Assembly (NCBI RefSeq): GCF_000021865.1
Contig: NC_014034.1
Coordinates: forward strand, 1,320,001 to 1,352,000
DNA: 32,000 bases
Direction of reading: 5' to 3'
Source of the DNA: Rhodobacter capsulatus SB 1003
GTDB taxonomy: Bacteria > Pseudomonadota > Alphaproteobacteria > Rhodobacterales > Rhodobacteraceae
Shown here: one piece after another, positions 1-9,302 of the stretch
Numbering within the stretch: the first letter of the stretch is position 1
Layout: each line of letters starts with the position of its first letter
Made by a program: the position numbers and the translations under genes
Notes under the pieces: generated by a model
What the model was told of the DNA's origin: nothing
The model's database searches: none
The model's input: only the letters and a program-made list of their open reading frames with translations

Positions 1-542
1 TCCTGATCTCGCCGATGATCGTGCCGATCATCATTTCGGCCACCGGGATGTTCTTCTTCTACTCCGGGCAATGGGTGCCGGGGATCGACGCGCAGGGCCG
101 GTTCGAATGGGGCCGTCTGGCGGGCACCTATCCGGGCATCATCCTGGCCCATGCGGCTTTGGGCATTCCCTTCGTCATCATCACGGTGACGGCGACGCTT
201 TCGGGCTTCGATCAGTCGCTGGTCCGGGCCGCGGCCTCGCTTGGCGCCAACCCGCGCACGGCCTTCTTCCGGGTGCAGATGCCGCTGATCATGCCGGGCG
301 TGGTCTCGGGCGGGCTCTTCGCCTTTGTCACCTCGTTTGACGAGGTGGTGGCGGTGCTCTTCATCGCGGCCAATGACCAGCAGACGATCCCGCGGCAGAT
401 GTGGAACGGCATCCGCGAACAGATCAGCCCGGCGATCCTGGCGGTGGCGACGCTTCTGGTGATCATCTCGGTGGCGCTTTTGACCGTGGTGGAACTGCTG
501 CGCCGCCGCTCGGAACGGCTGCGCGGCATGAGCCCGGCCTGA
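1..542 (+). CDS. ABC transporter permease, C-terminal part (5' end lies upstream of the window)
   Basis: The frame of ORF 15..542 is open back to the window edge. The protein is hydrophobic and multi-TM, with an EAA-loop-like segment (SLVRAAASLGANPRTAFFRVQMPLIMPG) typical of binding-protein-dependent permeases. A hairpin terminator follows. Confidence 0.8.
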   Translation, partial: LISPMIVPIIISATGMFFFYSGQWVPGIDAQGRFEWGRLAGTYPGIILAHAALGIPFVIITVTATLSGFDQSLVRAAASLGANPRTAFFRVQMPLIMPGVVSGGLFAFVTSFDEVVAVLFIAANDQQTIPRQMWNGIREQISPAILAVATLLVIISVALLTVVELLRRRSERLRGMSPA

Positions 543-570
543 GACGGCCTGCCAGATCCGAACCGCAGAA

Positions 571-597
571 AGGGGGGCTGTCTGCCCCCCTCTTTTG
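571..597 (+). terminator. Rho-independent terminator after the permease gene
   Basis: Perfect 8-bp GC stem AGGGGGGC (571-578) / GCCCCCCT (584-591) with loop TGTCT, followed by CTTTTG. Confidence 0.6.
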
Positions 598-726
598 CTG
601 CGCAAAATTCACCCCCCGAGGATATTTGAAGCAAGGTGAAACTGAAAGGCAGGGCTGCGCTGCCCTTCATCTTGCCACAAATATCCCGGGGGGAGTCCCG
701 CAGGGACGGGGGCAGCGCCCCCTTGC

Positions 727-1677
727 TTACGGCAGGATCGCGAGCCAGACCCAGATCGACAGGATCGAGAGCGCGGTGGCAATCAGCACGCTCGACGCCG
801 CCACCCTTTGCGCCGTGCCGTAAAGGTTCGCAAACAGATAGGCATTGACCCCCGGCGCCATCGCCGCCGTCAGCACCGCCGAGCGCAGACCGGCCGTCGG
901 CACGTCAAAGACGCCATGCGCCAGCCCGTAAGCGATGCCCGGATGCACGATCAGCGACAGGCCCGTGACCATGGCGATGGCGCGCAGGTCGCCCTCGGGC
1001 CGGTAGCGCAAGAGCACTCCGCCCAGACCGAACAGCGCCGCGGGCAGCGCCGCCTTGGCGATCATCTCCATCGCCGCCATCAGCGGCCCGGGCAGCGGCT
1101 GGCCGGTCAGCGCCGAAACGGCCTGCAGCGCGAAGCCGCAGAGGATCCCGATGACGAGCGGCGTGCGCAGGATGCCAACGAGCGCGTTCCACCCCACGCG
1201 CGAGAGCCCCGCCCCGGTGCCGTGCGAGCGCACCCATTCCATCGCCACGATCCCCACCGTGTAGAAAAACGGCGAGTGAAACGAGATGATGGCGAAATTG
1301 CCCGCCAGCGCGTCGGGGCCATAGGCGCGTTCGGTGATCGGCACGCCGAGCAGCAGCGAGTTCGAGAACATGCAGGCAAAGCCGATCGCCACCGCATCCG
1401 GGCCGCTGCGTTTCAGCCAGAGCCGCGCCGCAAGGCCGCCGATGGCGAAACAGGCCAGCGCGCCCGCGTAGAAGGACAGCATCGGTCCGGGGTCGTAGCT
1501 GGCGCTCAGGTCCAGCGTCGCGATCGAGCGCGCCAGCAGCACGGGCACGGCGAAATTCTGCGCGAAACGCATCAGCCCCTCGACCGCGGGGGCGCTGAAA
1601 AGCCCTTTCCACGCCACCAGATAGCCAAAGCCGATCACCAGAAAGACCGGCAGGATGACGTCGATCAGCGCCGACAT
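727..1677 (-). CDS. AEC (auxin efflux carrier) family transporter
   Basis: 316-aa polytopic membrane protein. The N-terminus MSALIDVILPVFLVIGFGYL and overall layout are typical of AEC/MdcF-like permeases. Its start overlaps the stop of the upstream gene (TGATG). Confidence 0.8.
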   Translation of the reverse strand: MSALIDVILPVFLVIGFGYLVAWKGLFSAPAVEGLMRFAQNFAVPVLLARSIATLDLSASYDPGPMLSFYAGALACFAIGGLAARLWLKRSGPDAVAIGFACMFSNSLLLGVPITERAYGPDALAGNFAIISFHSPFFYTVGIVAMEWVRSHGTGAGLSRVGWNALVGILRTPLVIGILCGFALQAVSALTGQPLPGPLMAAMEMIAKAALPAALFGLGGVLLRYRPEGDLRAIAMVTGLSLIVHPGIAYGLAHGVFDVPTAGLRSAVLTAAMAPGVNAYLFANLYGTAQRVAASSVLIATALSILSIWVWLAILP

Positions 1678-2477
1678 CAGCAGGGAAGTTCCAGCACCAT
1701 CCCGTCAAAGGCGGCGCGGACATGGGCGGGGGTTTCGCGCTCCAGATCCGAATGGTCGAGGTCGATATGCATGTTCGTCAGCACGGCCTCGCGCGGGCGG
1801 GCGCGGGCGATCCAGTCGAGCGACAGCGCCAGATGCGCATGGCTGGGGTGGGGCTTGCGGCGCAGCGCATCCAGCACCCAGATGTCGAGATCCTGCAGGC
1901 AGTCCCAGGCGTCGTCGGGAATGGCCGATACATCGGGCAGATAGGCCAGACCGCCGATGCGGAACCCCAGCGCCGGGATGTTGCCGTGCTCGACCCGGAA
2001 CGGGACCAGCGTCACCGGCCCGCCCGCGCCGGTCACGGTGAAGGGGCCCGTGATCGCCTGCAGGTCGCAGATCGGCGGATAGGCACTGCCCGCGGGCTGC
2101 ACGAAGGCATAGCCGAAACGGTTGATCAGCGCCTCGGTCGTCGGTTCGTCGGCCCAGACCGGCAGCCGCGCATGCATGTTGAAGGTGATCTGGCGGATAT
2201 CATCCAGCCCGTGCATGTGATCGGCATGGGGATGGGTGAAGGCCACGGCATCCAGCGTCGCAACCTCGGCGCGCAGCAGTTGCTCGCGCAGGTCGGGGGA
2301 GGTGTCGATGAGAACGCGGGTGATGCCCGCCGCGCCGATCCGCTCGATCAGCAGCGAGCAGCGCGAGCGGCGGTTTTTCGGGTTCGCCGGATCGCATTCG
2401 CCCCAATGGCCGCCGATGCGCGGCACGCCGCCCGAGGAGCCGCAGCCAAGGATGGTGAAGCGCAGCCGGTCAGCCAT
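1677..2477 (-). CDS. MBL-fold metallo-hydrolase (PhnP/GPMBL-like)
   Basis: HxHxDH motif (FTHPHADHMHG). N-terminus MADRLRFTILGCGSSGGVP. I trimmed the start to the ATG at 2477, because the 320-aa track ORF adds a Pro/Arg-rich extension that overlaps tatD. ATGGCTGA overlap with the upstream stop. Confidence 0.8.
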   Translation of the reverse strand: MADRLRFTILGCGSSGGVPRIGGHWGECDPANPKNRRSRCSLLIERIGAAGITRVLIDTSPDLREQLLRAEVATLDAVAFTHPHADHMHGLDDIRQITFNMHARLPVWADEPTTEALINRFGYAFVQPAGSAYPPICDLQAITGPFTVTGAGGPVTLVPFRVEHGNIPALGFRIGGLAYLPDVSAIPDDAWDCLQDLDIWVLDALRRKPHPSHAHLALSLDWIARARPREAVLTNMHIDLDHSDLERETPAHVRAAFDGMVLELPC

Positions 2478-3267
2478 GGCGGGCCTTTGCGAAAAGACGG
2501 TCGAAATTCGCGGTCGTGGCGGCGGCGAAGTCGGGCAGGGACAGGCCGAACACCTCGGCGCCGATCTTCGCGGTATGGGCGGTATAGGCGGGCTCGTTGC
2601 GCCGTCCGCGGAAGGGCGGGGGGGCCAGATAGGGCGCATCGGTTTCCAAAAGGATCCGGTCCAAGGGCGCGGTCTTGAAGATGTCGCGAATTTCCTGCGA
2701 TTTCGGGAAGGTGGCGACGCCGGACATGGACAGGTAGCAGCCGAGTTCGAGCGTCACCCGTGCCAGCTCCGGCCCCGAGGAAAAGCAATGCATGACGCAG
2801 CCGAAGGGTTTTCGTTTCATCCCCTCGGTCAGGATCGCGGCCATGTCGTCATCGGCGGCGCGGGAATGGATGATCAGCGGCAGGCCGGTTTCCTGCGCCG
2901 CCTCGATATGGAGCCGCAGCGAAACCTTTTGGATTTTAGCGCTTTCGGCGGTGTAGTGATAGTCGAGCCCGGTTTCGCCGATGCCGACAAACTTCGGATG
3001 CGCGGCCAGCGTCACCAGCTCCTCGATGCTGGCGAGGGGTTCTTCGGCGGCGCTCATCGGATGGGTGCCCGCGGCCCAGAAGACGCCCTCGTAGCTTTCG
3101 GAAATCGCGCGCACCTGCGGCACGTTGCGCAGCCGGGTGCAGATCGTCACCATCCGGCTCACCCCGGCGGCGCGGGCGCGGGCGACGACCTCGGGCAGTT
3201 CCTCGGCGAAGTCGGGGAAATCAAGGTGACAATGGCTGTCGACAAGAAGCGGAAGCGGCGCGGTCAA
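2470..3267 (-). CDS. TatD-family hydrolase (YcfH-like position downstream of holB)
   Basis: LVDSHCHLDF metal-binding motif near the N-terminus. Proposed TTG start at 3267 is preceded by AGGAGAG. The longer track ORF (to 3417) would overlap holB. The tmk-holB-tatD-family order matches the conserved bacterial arrangement. Confidence 0.8.
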   Translation of the reverse strand: MTAPLPLLVDSHCHLDFPDFAEELPEVVARARAAGVSRMVTICTRLRNVPQVRAISESYEGVFWAAGTHPMSAAEEPLASIEELVTLAAHPKFVGIGETGLDYHYTAESAKIQKVSLRLHIEAAQETGLPLIIHSRAADDDMAAILTEGMKRKPFGCVMHCFSSGPELARVTLELGCYLSMSGVATFPKSQEIRDIFKTAPLDRILLETDAPYLAPPPFRGRRNEPAYTAHTAKIGAEVFGLSLPDFAAATTANFDRLFAKARHG

Positions 3268-3283
3268 GGGACTCTCCTGCCGC

Positions 3284-4393
3284 CTAGGGCGCGGCGTTGA
3301 TGGCAAGAACCATATCCATGACCAGCGTCGCCGGGTCAAGGTTGACCGCCTTGCCATGCCGCGCCCGCGCGCCCAGATCCTGATGCAGCCCGGCCCATTT
3401 CTGCGCCGCCGCGCCATCGGGGCAAAGGCGCGTCAGCAGCGCGGCCTCGCCCGGGGCGGCCTCGGGTTGCGGCGCCCCGGTCAGACCGGCGCGGGCCAGA
3501 CGGGCCAGAAACAGATCCATCAGGCCGAGCATCAGATCGAACCGCGCCTCGTTGCCGCGCCCGGTCATGCCCTCGGCCAGCGCCCAGGCCTTTTGCCGGT
3601 CGATCCGCGGCAGGCCGGTCATCAGGCCCACCAGCGCCCGGTAAGCCTCGAGCCCGTCGAGATTGATCAGCCGGATCGCCTCGCCGACCGACCCGCCCGC
3701 AAGGGCCGAGAGGGCGAGCGTGTCCTCGGTCTCGGCCCCCGCGCCCTGCAGCGCCTGCGCCAGATCCTCGGGGGCCAGCGCCGCAAGCCGCAATTCGCGG
3801 CAGCGCGAGCGGATGGTGGGCAAAAGCCGCGCGGGCTGGTGCGTGACCAGCAGGAAGGTGACCAGAGGCGGCGGCTCTTCCAGAAGTTTCAGCAGCGCAT
3901 TCGCCCCGGCCGTGGCCAGTTCGTCGGCGGCATCGACAATCACCACGCGCCGTCCGCCATCGGCCGCGGACAGATGCAGGAACGAGGTCAGCTTGCGCAC
4001 CTCGACCACGCGGATGTCTTCCGACAGCGCGGTTTCCTTGTCATTCGGGCCGCGCTTGAGATGGAACAGCCGCGGCTCGGCCCCCGCCATGATCCGGCGG
4101 CAGACCGGGTGCTCGGGGTCAGACTCCAGATTGCGCACCGGCTCGGGGGCGCCGAAAAGCCCGCCGCCGTCTTCCAGCGGCTGGCTCAGCAGGAACCGCG
4201 CCAGCCGCCAGGCCAGCGTCGCCTTGCCCACGCCGCGCGGGCCGGTCAGCATCCAGGCATGGTGCAGCCGGTGCGAGGTGAAGGCGGTCAGGAAATCGGC
4301 CTCGGCCTTTTCCTGGCCGTAAAGATGCAGGGTCTGGCGCGGATGCGGGGCGCCTTCGACCTGGGTCGGATCGGGCAGCTCGTCGCGGCTCAT
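3284..4393 (-). CDS. holB: DNA polymerase III subunit delta'
   Basis: 369 aa with AAA+ clamp-loader P-loop region LTGPRGVGKATLA and VVIVDAADEL (Walker B-like). 4-nt overlap with tmk upstream. Confidence 0.85.
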   Translation of the reverse strand: MSRDELPDPTQVEGAPHPRQTLHLYGQEKAEADFLTAFTSHRLHHAWMLTGPRGVGKATLAWRLARFLLSQPLEDGGGLFGAPEPVRNLESDPEHPVCRRIMAGAEPRLFHLKRGPNDKETALSEDIRVVEVRKLTSFLHLSAADGGRRVVIVDAADELATAGANALLKLLEEPPPLVTFLLVTHQPARLLPTIRSRCRELRLAALAPEDLAQALQGAGAETEDTLALSALAGGSVGEAIRLINLDGLEAYRALVGLMTGLPRIDRQKAWALAEGMTGRGNEARFDLMLGLMDLFLARLARAGLTGAPQPEAAPGEAALLTRLCPDGAAAQKWAGLHQDLGARARHGKAVNLDPATLVMDMVLAINAAP

Positions 4394-5010
4394 GCCCGGG
4401 CCCGAAGCGCGGCAAGGGTCACATCCAGCACCTCGGCGGCGACGGCATCAGGCCTGCGGTCGCCCTCGATCACCTTGAAACGGCTGGAAAATTCCTGCGA
4501 CAGGGCCAGAAAGCCCGCGCGCATGCGGACCTGCATCGCCAGCCCCATATCCTCGAACCGTTCCTCGTGGCCCTGCCGCCCCTTGGCGCGGGCAAGGCCC
4601 ACCGCGGGGTCGATGTCGATCAGGAAGGTCAGGTCCGGTTCCCGCCCGATCATCAGCCGGTGCAGATCGTCGACAAGCCCGCGCAGATCCCCGCGCGAGA
4701 GCCCCTGATACATCCGCGTGCTGTCGGCAAAGCGGTCGCAGATCACCACCTGGCCCGCCGCCAGCGCGGGCGCGATCGTGCGTTCCAGATGGTCGCGCCG
4801 GGCGGCGGTGAAGAGCAGGATCTCGGTCTTCGCCGACCAGCGGTCGGGATCGCCCTGCAGCACCAGCGCCCGGATTTCCTCGGCCCCCGGGCTGCCGCCC
4901 GGCTCGCGGGTGCGGATGACATCGCGGCCAAGCCCCGCCAAAGCCTCGGCCAAAAGCCGCGCCTGGGTGGATTTGCCCGAGCCGTCGATGCCCTCGAAGG
5001 TGATGAACAT
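4390..5010 (-). CDS. tmk: dTMP (thymidylate) kinase
   Basis: MFITFEGIDGSGKSTQ P-loop, 206 aa, canonical length and position upstream of holB. Confidence 0.95.
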   Translation of the reverse strand: MFITFEGIDGSGKSTQARLLAEALAGLGRDVIRTREPGGSPGAEEIRALVLQGDPDRWSAKTEILLFTAARRDHLERTIAPALAAGQVVICDRFADSTRMYQGLSRGDLRGLVDDLHRLMIGREPDLTFLIDIDPAVGLARAKGRQGHEERFEDMGLAMQVRMRAGFLALSQEFSSRFKVIEGDRRPDAVAAEVLDVTLAALRARA

Positions 5011-5014
5011 CGGC

Positions 5015-6175
5015 TCAGCCGGCCACCATCTGACGGGTCTGCGCCAGAAGCCGGCCCGCGGCGGCGGTGAAGCGGACCAGGAAGCCGCCCTCGGCCACGT
5101 CGGTTTCCGCCACCAGCGGCACGGGGCGCAGCCCCAGCCCCGGCACGGTGATTTCCAGCCGCCCCAGCTCGGTGCCCGCCGTCACCGGCGCGGTGACCGG
5201 GCCGTCAAAGACCGCCTCGGCCTTCACCCCCTCGGCCGCGCCCGCCGGGATCAGCATGGCGACATCACTCGCAGGCACCAGCCCGACGCTGGCCTCGGTG
5301 CCCAGCCAGACCGGCGCCTCGGCCAGCCGGGTGCCCTTTTGCGCCACCGTCTTCATCACGAATTGCCGAAACGCCCAGTTCGCCACCGCCTCGGCCTCCG
5401 ACGCGCGGTCGGCCTCCGACGCCAGACCCGAGATCACGAAGACGATGCGCCGATCCCCCATCACCGCCGAGCCGACAAGGCCGTAGCCCGCCTCCTCGGT
5501 ATGGCCGGTCTTCAGCCCGTCGGCATGCCAGTCGGCGGCCGGGATCTTCAACAGCGGGTTGCGGTTGTGCGCATTGGCCGGGGCGCGGTTCTTGTAGTTG
5601 AACTGCGTTTCCGAAAACAGCGGGTAATATTGCGGGAATTGCGTGATCAGCCGCACCGCCAGAATGCCCAGATCATGCATCGACATGCGCTGGTCGGGAT
5701 GCGGCCAGCCCGAGGCATTGGCAAAGGTCGAGCGCGTCATGCCCAGCATCTTCGCCCGTTCGGTCATGCCCGCGGCAAAGGCGCCTTCCGAGCCCGCCAG
5801 CCCCTCGGCCACCACCACGCAGGCGTCATTGCCCGAATTGATCACCACGCCCTGCATCAGCTCGCGCACGCTCGGCCGGTCCATCTCATTGAGGAACATC
5901 GTCGAGCCGCCCATCTGCTTGGCCTTGGTCGAGACGGCAAAGGTGGTGTCCAGCGTCACCCGGCCTTCGGACAGCGCCTCGAACAGCATGTTCAGCGTCA
6001 TCAGCTTCGACATCGAGGCGGGCGGCACCGCGACATCGGCATCCTTTTCCAAAAGCACGGTCTGCGTCGTCAGATCATAGACCCAGGCGGTGCGGGCGCG
6101 GGTGTCGAAGGCGGCGGCAGGCAGGGCGGTCAGCGCCGCAAGCGCGGCAAGGGCAAGCAGTCGAAGGGGCGACAT
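5015..6175 (-). CDS. D-alanyl-D-alanine carboxypeptidase (class C low-MW PBP, serine hydrolase)
   Basis: SxxK (SMSK), SxN (SGND) and KTG (KTGHT) motifs in the right order. Signal-peptide-like start MSPLRLLALAALAAL at 6175. The track start at 6205 would overlap the SPOR gene by 17 nt. Confidence 0.88.
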   Translation of the reverse strand: MSPLRLLALAALAALTALPAAAFDTRARTAWVYDLTTQTVLLEKDADVAVPPASMSKLMTLNMLFEALSEGRVTLDTTFAVSTKAKQMGGSTMFLNEMDRPSVRELMQGVVINSGNDACVVVAEGLAGSEGAFAAGMTERAKMLGMTRSTFANASGWPHPDQRMSMHDLGILAVRLITQFPQYYPLFSETQFNYKNRAPANAHNRNPLLKIPAADWHADGLKTGHTEEAGYGLVGSAVMGDRRIVFVISGLASEADRASEAEAVANWAFRQFVMKTVAQKGTRLAEAPVWLGTEASVGLVPASDVAMLIPAGAAEGVKAEAVFDGPVTAPVTAGTELGRLEITVPGLGLRPVPLVAETDVAEGGFLVRFTAAAGRLLAQTRQMVAG

Positions 6176-6188
6176 GGCGGTGGCGTCC

Positions 6189-7103
6189 TTATCTGGAGAC
6201 GGCATAGGCGTCGGGGAAGCCGAGGCCCTTGATCTTGGTCAGCAGCGCGGTCCTGTCGGCGGCCGATCCGGCCGGGCCCGCGACGACGCGCCAGAAGGTC
6301 TTGCCCTTGGCGGTTTCGGTGCGGATCGTGCTGGCGATGCCGGATTTCTTCAGCTGGTCGGCGGCGCGCTTGGCATTCGCCTCCTGCGAGAAGATGCCGA
6401 TCTGCACCAGGCCCTTGCCCGCCGCGGCAGGCTTGGCCGGGGTCGCGGCGGGTTTTTGCGGCGCGGCTTCGGCGGCGGCGATGGCCGCCCCGGCGGCGGC
6501 GGCGATCTCGGCGCCCGGTTTTCCTGCGCCCGGTTTTCCCGCGCCCTTGGGCGGCGCGGCGGCGGGTTTCGCGCCCGGCCGGGGCGGCGCGCTGGCCAGC
6601 GGCGTGGCCGCGATGTTCTCGGCCGGGGGCAGGGCGTCCTTGACCGGGGCGGTGGCGGCGGCCGGATCGGCCTGTTCCTCGCGGCGCAGCGCCACGACCG
6701 AAAGCTTCGTCGGCGCCCCCGCCAGCATGTCGAGCGCGGCTGCGGCATCCGAGGAGACCTGCAGCTTCGGCCCCGGATTTTCGCGCTCGCGGCGGAACAG
6801 CGCGCCGATGACGAATTTGCCATTGGCCGGGTTGCGGATGATCACCCGTTCGGGGTCTTTCACCGTCGGATGCGCGACCCAGACGCCGCCAAGCGAGGGG
6901 CGCCCGTCCCAAAGCCCGGTGTCATTGGCCGAGAAGACTTCGGGGGCTTCGACATCGCGCTCGACGATGCGGGCGGAGGTGGCGGCGGGTGTCGCGCCCT
7001 CTTTCGGGGCGTCGGCGGGGTCTGCGCCGTCCCCCGTCAACTGGCATCCCGCCATTGTCAGCGCCGCTCCCAGCGCGAAGACCCACCGCATCGATCCTGT
7101 CAT
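6189..7103 (-). CDS. SPOR-domain lipoprotein (septal peptidoglycan-binding)
   Basis: Lipobox LTMAGC near the N-terminus. Ala/Pro/Lys-rich linker containing a tandem GKPGA-GKPGA duplication (DNA repeat around 6511-6545). C-terminal SPOR-like fold signature LVQIGIFSQEANAKRAADQLKK...WRVVAGP. Confidence 0.7.
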   Translation of the reverse strand: MTGSMRWVFALGAALTMAGCQLTGDGADPADAPKEGATPAATSARIVERDVEAPEVFSANDTGLWDGRPSLGGVWVAHPTVKDPERVIIRNPANGKFVIGALFRRERENPGPKLQVSSDAAAALDMLAGAPTKLSVVALRREEQADPAAATAPVKDALPPAENIAATPLASAPPRPGAKPAAAPPKGAGKPGAGKPGAEIAAAAGAAIAAAEAAPQKPAATPAKPAAAGKGLVQIGIFSQEANAKRAADQLKKSGIASTIRTETAKGKTFWRVVAGPAGSAADRTALLTKIKGLGFPDAYAVSR

Positions 7104-7357
7104 GCCCGTCTGCCCCTGCCGTTCGTTCCGCCAGACCGGGCCGCGGGCCGTCCCGGCCCGTCGTCCGGCCCCGGCCGTTGTTGCCGCAGCCCCTTGGCGG
7201 GACCGTTCCGAACCGGGGTCAGCCGCCGCCGCCCCGGCGTTTCGCGCCGACTGTAGCGGGTTCGGCGCGGCAAGAAAAGCGCGCGTGGGCGGCGGTTGCG
7301 GATTTCGTTTGCCGGAAGCTTTCAGAATCGCGTGAGAGCGGTTAGGGCAGGGGCGAC

Positions 7358-7447
7358 GGAAGTGTGGCCGAGTGGTTTAAGGCTCTGGTCTTGAAAACCA
7401 GCGAGGGGGAGACCCCTCCGTGGGTTCGAATCCCACCGCTTCCGCCA
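7358..7447 (+). tRNA. tRNA-Ser (anticodon UGA), class II with long variable arm, CCA encoded
   Basis: Acceptor GGAAGTG/CGCTTCC. Ser-type D-arm TGGCCGAGTGGTTTAAGGC. Anticodon stem CTGGT/ACCAG with loop CTTGAAA. Variable arm GAGGGG-GAGA-CCCCTC. T-arm GTGGG-TTCGAAT-CCCAC. G discriminator plus CCA. Confidence 0.92.
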
Positions 7448-7449
7448 CC
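7433..7449 (+). repeat. attL core: CCACCGCTTCCGCCACC (last 15 nt of tRNA-Ser plus 2 nt)
   Basis: Exact 17-bp match to 23314-23330 in the same orientation. Confidence 0.8.
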
Positions 7450-7516
7450 AAAATCCCCTTAAGTTGTTGAAATAAAAGGGCATATATGCCACCCTTGACC
7501 TTATCCCGCCATTTCT

Positions 7517-7547
7517 GCATGACATTGTGCGTGACATTTCGCATGAC
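7517..7547 (+). promoter_or_regulatory. Three direct GC(A/G)TGAC repeats at exact 12-nt spacing (candidate integrase arm-type sites)
   Basis: GCATGAC 7517, GCGTGAC 7529, GCATGAC 7541. The 12-mer TGCGTGACATTT (7528-7539) recurs exactly at 23243-23254 near the other island end. Confidence 0.5.
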
Positions 7548-7557
7548 GGGGTTAGTG

Positions 7558-8856
7558 ATGCTGGTGATGCGGGGAAGCGTGTGGCACCTTATTCGGCGGG
7601 TTCCGAAGCGCTATGCGGGGGTTTCCGAACAGGGGCGGCAAGTGTCGTTGAGCTTGCGGACGGACAGCCGGATCGAGGCCGAGGCCAAAGCCAAAGCGGC
7701 TTGGGATGCCTTGTTGATGGCATGGGAAGCACGGTTGCGGGGCGATACGACCGACGCCCGCGCACGATATGACGCGGCATTGAATATCTGCGCGCAGCAC
7801 GGCTATCGCTACCAGTCGCTCAAGAAGATCATGGCGATGCCGGTGGAGGACCAAGTCGAGCGCATCAATCGCATCCCACAGCGCATGGGAGAGCCGAACA
7901 AGGTCGTCGCGGACGCCCTGCTTGGTGTGACCGAGCCACCGAAGATGACGCTGAGCGAGACGCTGGCCGAGTTTCGCAAGTCGGTCGAGCCGATCAAGAC
8001 GCTCAAGATGACCCCGGACCAGTTGCGCAAGTATCGCAATCCCCGCGACAAGGCGTTTCGGAACCTCATCGCGGTCGTGGGGGATATCCCGCTGGCCGAC
8101 CTGACCCGCACGAATCTGATCGAGTTTCGGTCGTGGTGGCTGACGAAGATACAAGAGGAAGACCTGCAGACCGACTCCGCAAACAAGGACCTCACGCACC
8201 TCAAGTCCGTCATCGAGGCCGTGATCGATACGCTGGCCCTTCCGTTTCCCTCACCTTTCGTGGGCAAGTCGATCAAGTTCCCCAAGTCCGAAGCCGAGAC
8301 CCGCCCCGAGTTCTCCACCGATTGGATCAAGCAGAAGTTGCTTGCCCCCAAGGCGTTGGACGGGCTCAACGACGAGGCCCGGGGAATCCTGCTCGCCATG
8401 ATCAACACCGGAGCCCGCCCGAGCGAACTCTGCGCTCTGCGCCCCGAGGACATCAAGCTGACCGACAACATCCCTCACATCTGCATCAGTGCCGCGCACC
8501 GTCGCACCAAGACGCGCAATTCTGTGCGGCAAATCCCTTTGGTCGGGGTCAGTCTGGAGGCGATGCAGCGTTTCCCGAACGGCTTTCCGCGTTATGACGA
8601 CAAGGCCGCCACCCTGTCGGCGACGGTCAACAAGTATTTGCGGGAGGCGGGGCTGATGGAAACCGAAAACCACACCCTCTACTGCCTTCGGCACAGGCTG
8701 GAGGGTGTGCTCCGGCGCGCAGGTGCCGACGGGCGGGTGCGGCGCATGATCTTCGGACATGCTCGCAACGCCGATGTCGAGGAGCGCGACCGGCCCGATT
8801 ACGGACAGGTCCATCTTGTCGAGTTGCAGGATGCCTTGCGGTTGGTGGCGATCTAG
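7558..8856 (+). CDS. Tyrosine-type site-specific integrase
   Basis: C-terminal catalytic region ARPSEL...LRHRLE...FGH...DY matches the R..H-x-x-R..H..Y pattern. Adjacent to the tRNA. Co-linear paralogue at 23470-24735. Start moved from 7486 to the ATG at 7558, because 7486-7557 holds the arm repeats and the paralogue begins at the equivalent position (MTIMRRGKG...RRVPQRY vs MLVMRGSVW..RRVPKRY). Confidence 0.85.
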   Translation: MLVMRGSVWHLIRRVPKRYAGVSEQGRQVSLSLRTDSRIEAEAKAKAAWDALLMAWEARLRGDTTDARARYDAALNICAQHGYRYQSLKKIMAMPVEDQVERINRIPQRMGEPNKVVADALLGVTEPPKMTLSETLAEFRKSVEPIKTLKMTPDQLRKYRNPRDKAFRNLIAVVGDIPLADLTRTNLIEFRSWWLTKIQEEDLQTDSANKDLTHLKSVIEAVIDTLALPFPSPFVGKSIKFPKSEAETRPEFSTDWIKQKLLAPKALDGLNDEARGILLAMINTGARPSELCALRPEDIKLTDNIPHICISAAHRRTKTRNSVRQIPLVGVSLEAMQRFPNGFPRYDDKAATLSATVNKYLREAGLMETENHTLYCLRHRLEGVLRRAGADGRVRRMIFGHARNADVEERDRPDYGQVHLVELQDALRLVAI

Positions 8857-9062
8857 GCCGCCACCAACCAGAACGACACGACACCGGGCGGGCCACGGCG
8901 ATGCGTCGCCGCCAGCCTGCGGGCTCTGGACAGCAGGTCGTCGTTCGCCTTGCGGCGCTCGTGTTCGGCTTCCAGCAACGCGTAGAGCGGCAGGTAACGG
9001 CGGTCCTTGGTTGCTAGCTTGGCGACCGTCACCAGCGCCTTTTTCAGGTCGTCGTCTGTCAT
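8853..9062 (-). CDS. Hypothetical small helical protein, convergent with the integrase
   Basis: 69-aa ORF. Weak co-linear similarity to the small ORF in the same position relative to the second integrase (24675-25001): AL..VA.L...Y.P....LE.E......RAR. No clear SD. Confidence 0.4.
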   Translation of the reverse strand: MTDDDLKKALVTVAKLATKDRRYLPLYALLEAEHERRKANDDLLSRARRLAATHRRGPPGVVSFWLVAA

Positions 9063-9302
9063 TTGCCCGGTTCAAGACATCTTCTACGTGATGGGCGCGC
9101 AGCAGGTAGCCTTCCGCGCATCGAATCCCGCCTGCTACCTCTCGACGATGGGCAACAGGGGGGCTTTGTGGCTCGCCCCGAGCGGGGGCGAGCCGTGATT
9201 ACACGTGCGGGCGGTGATGGGAGCCCAGTGCGTGGGCGATGGAGAGCCGTGTGGAGCATGACCCGCCGAAGAGCGGGCGGCTGCAGCCACTGAAGATCGC
9301 TC

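Noticed and set aside
808-1944. Long antisense and alternate-frame ORFs over housekeeping and island genes. Examples: 808..1944+, 905..1723-, 1722..2678+, 2236..3300+, 3356..4708+, 4718..6232+, 6090..7256+, 6229..7335+, 10468..11883+, 10802..12199-, 11971..13842+, 14031..15260+, 17321..17989-, 18122..18799-, 23386..24375-, 28514..29428-, 29617..31065-.
   Set aside because: These are typical high-GC shadow ORFs. They are Arg/Pro/Gly/Ala-rich with no motifs, and each overlaps a gene on the other strand or frame that has clear family signatures.
1677-2639. The 320-aa version of the MBL hydrolase, and the 315-aa version of TatD (2470..3417).
   Set aside because: Both N-terminal extensions are Pro/Arg-rich, overlap the upstream genes, and lie ahead of much better start contexts (ATG 2477; TTG 3267 with AGGAGAG).
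7486-7557. Upstream start (7486) for integrase 1.
   Set aside because: The segment contains the phased arm-type repeats. The paralogous integrase aligns from the position equivalent to 7558.
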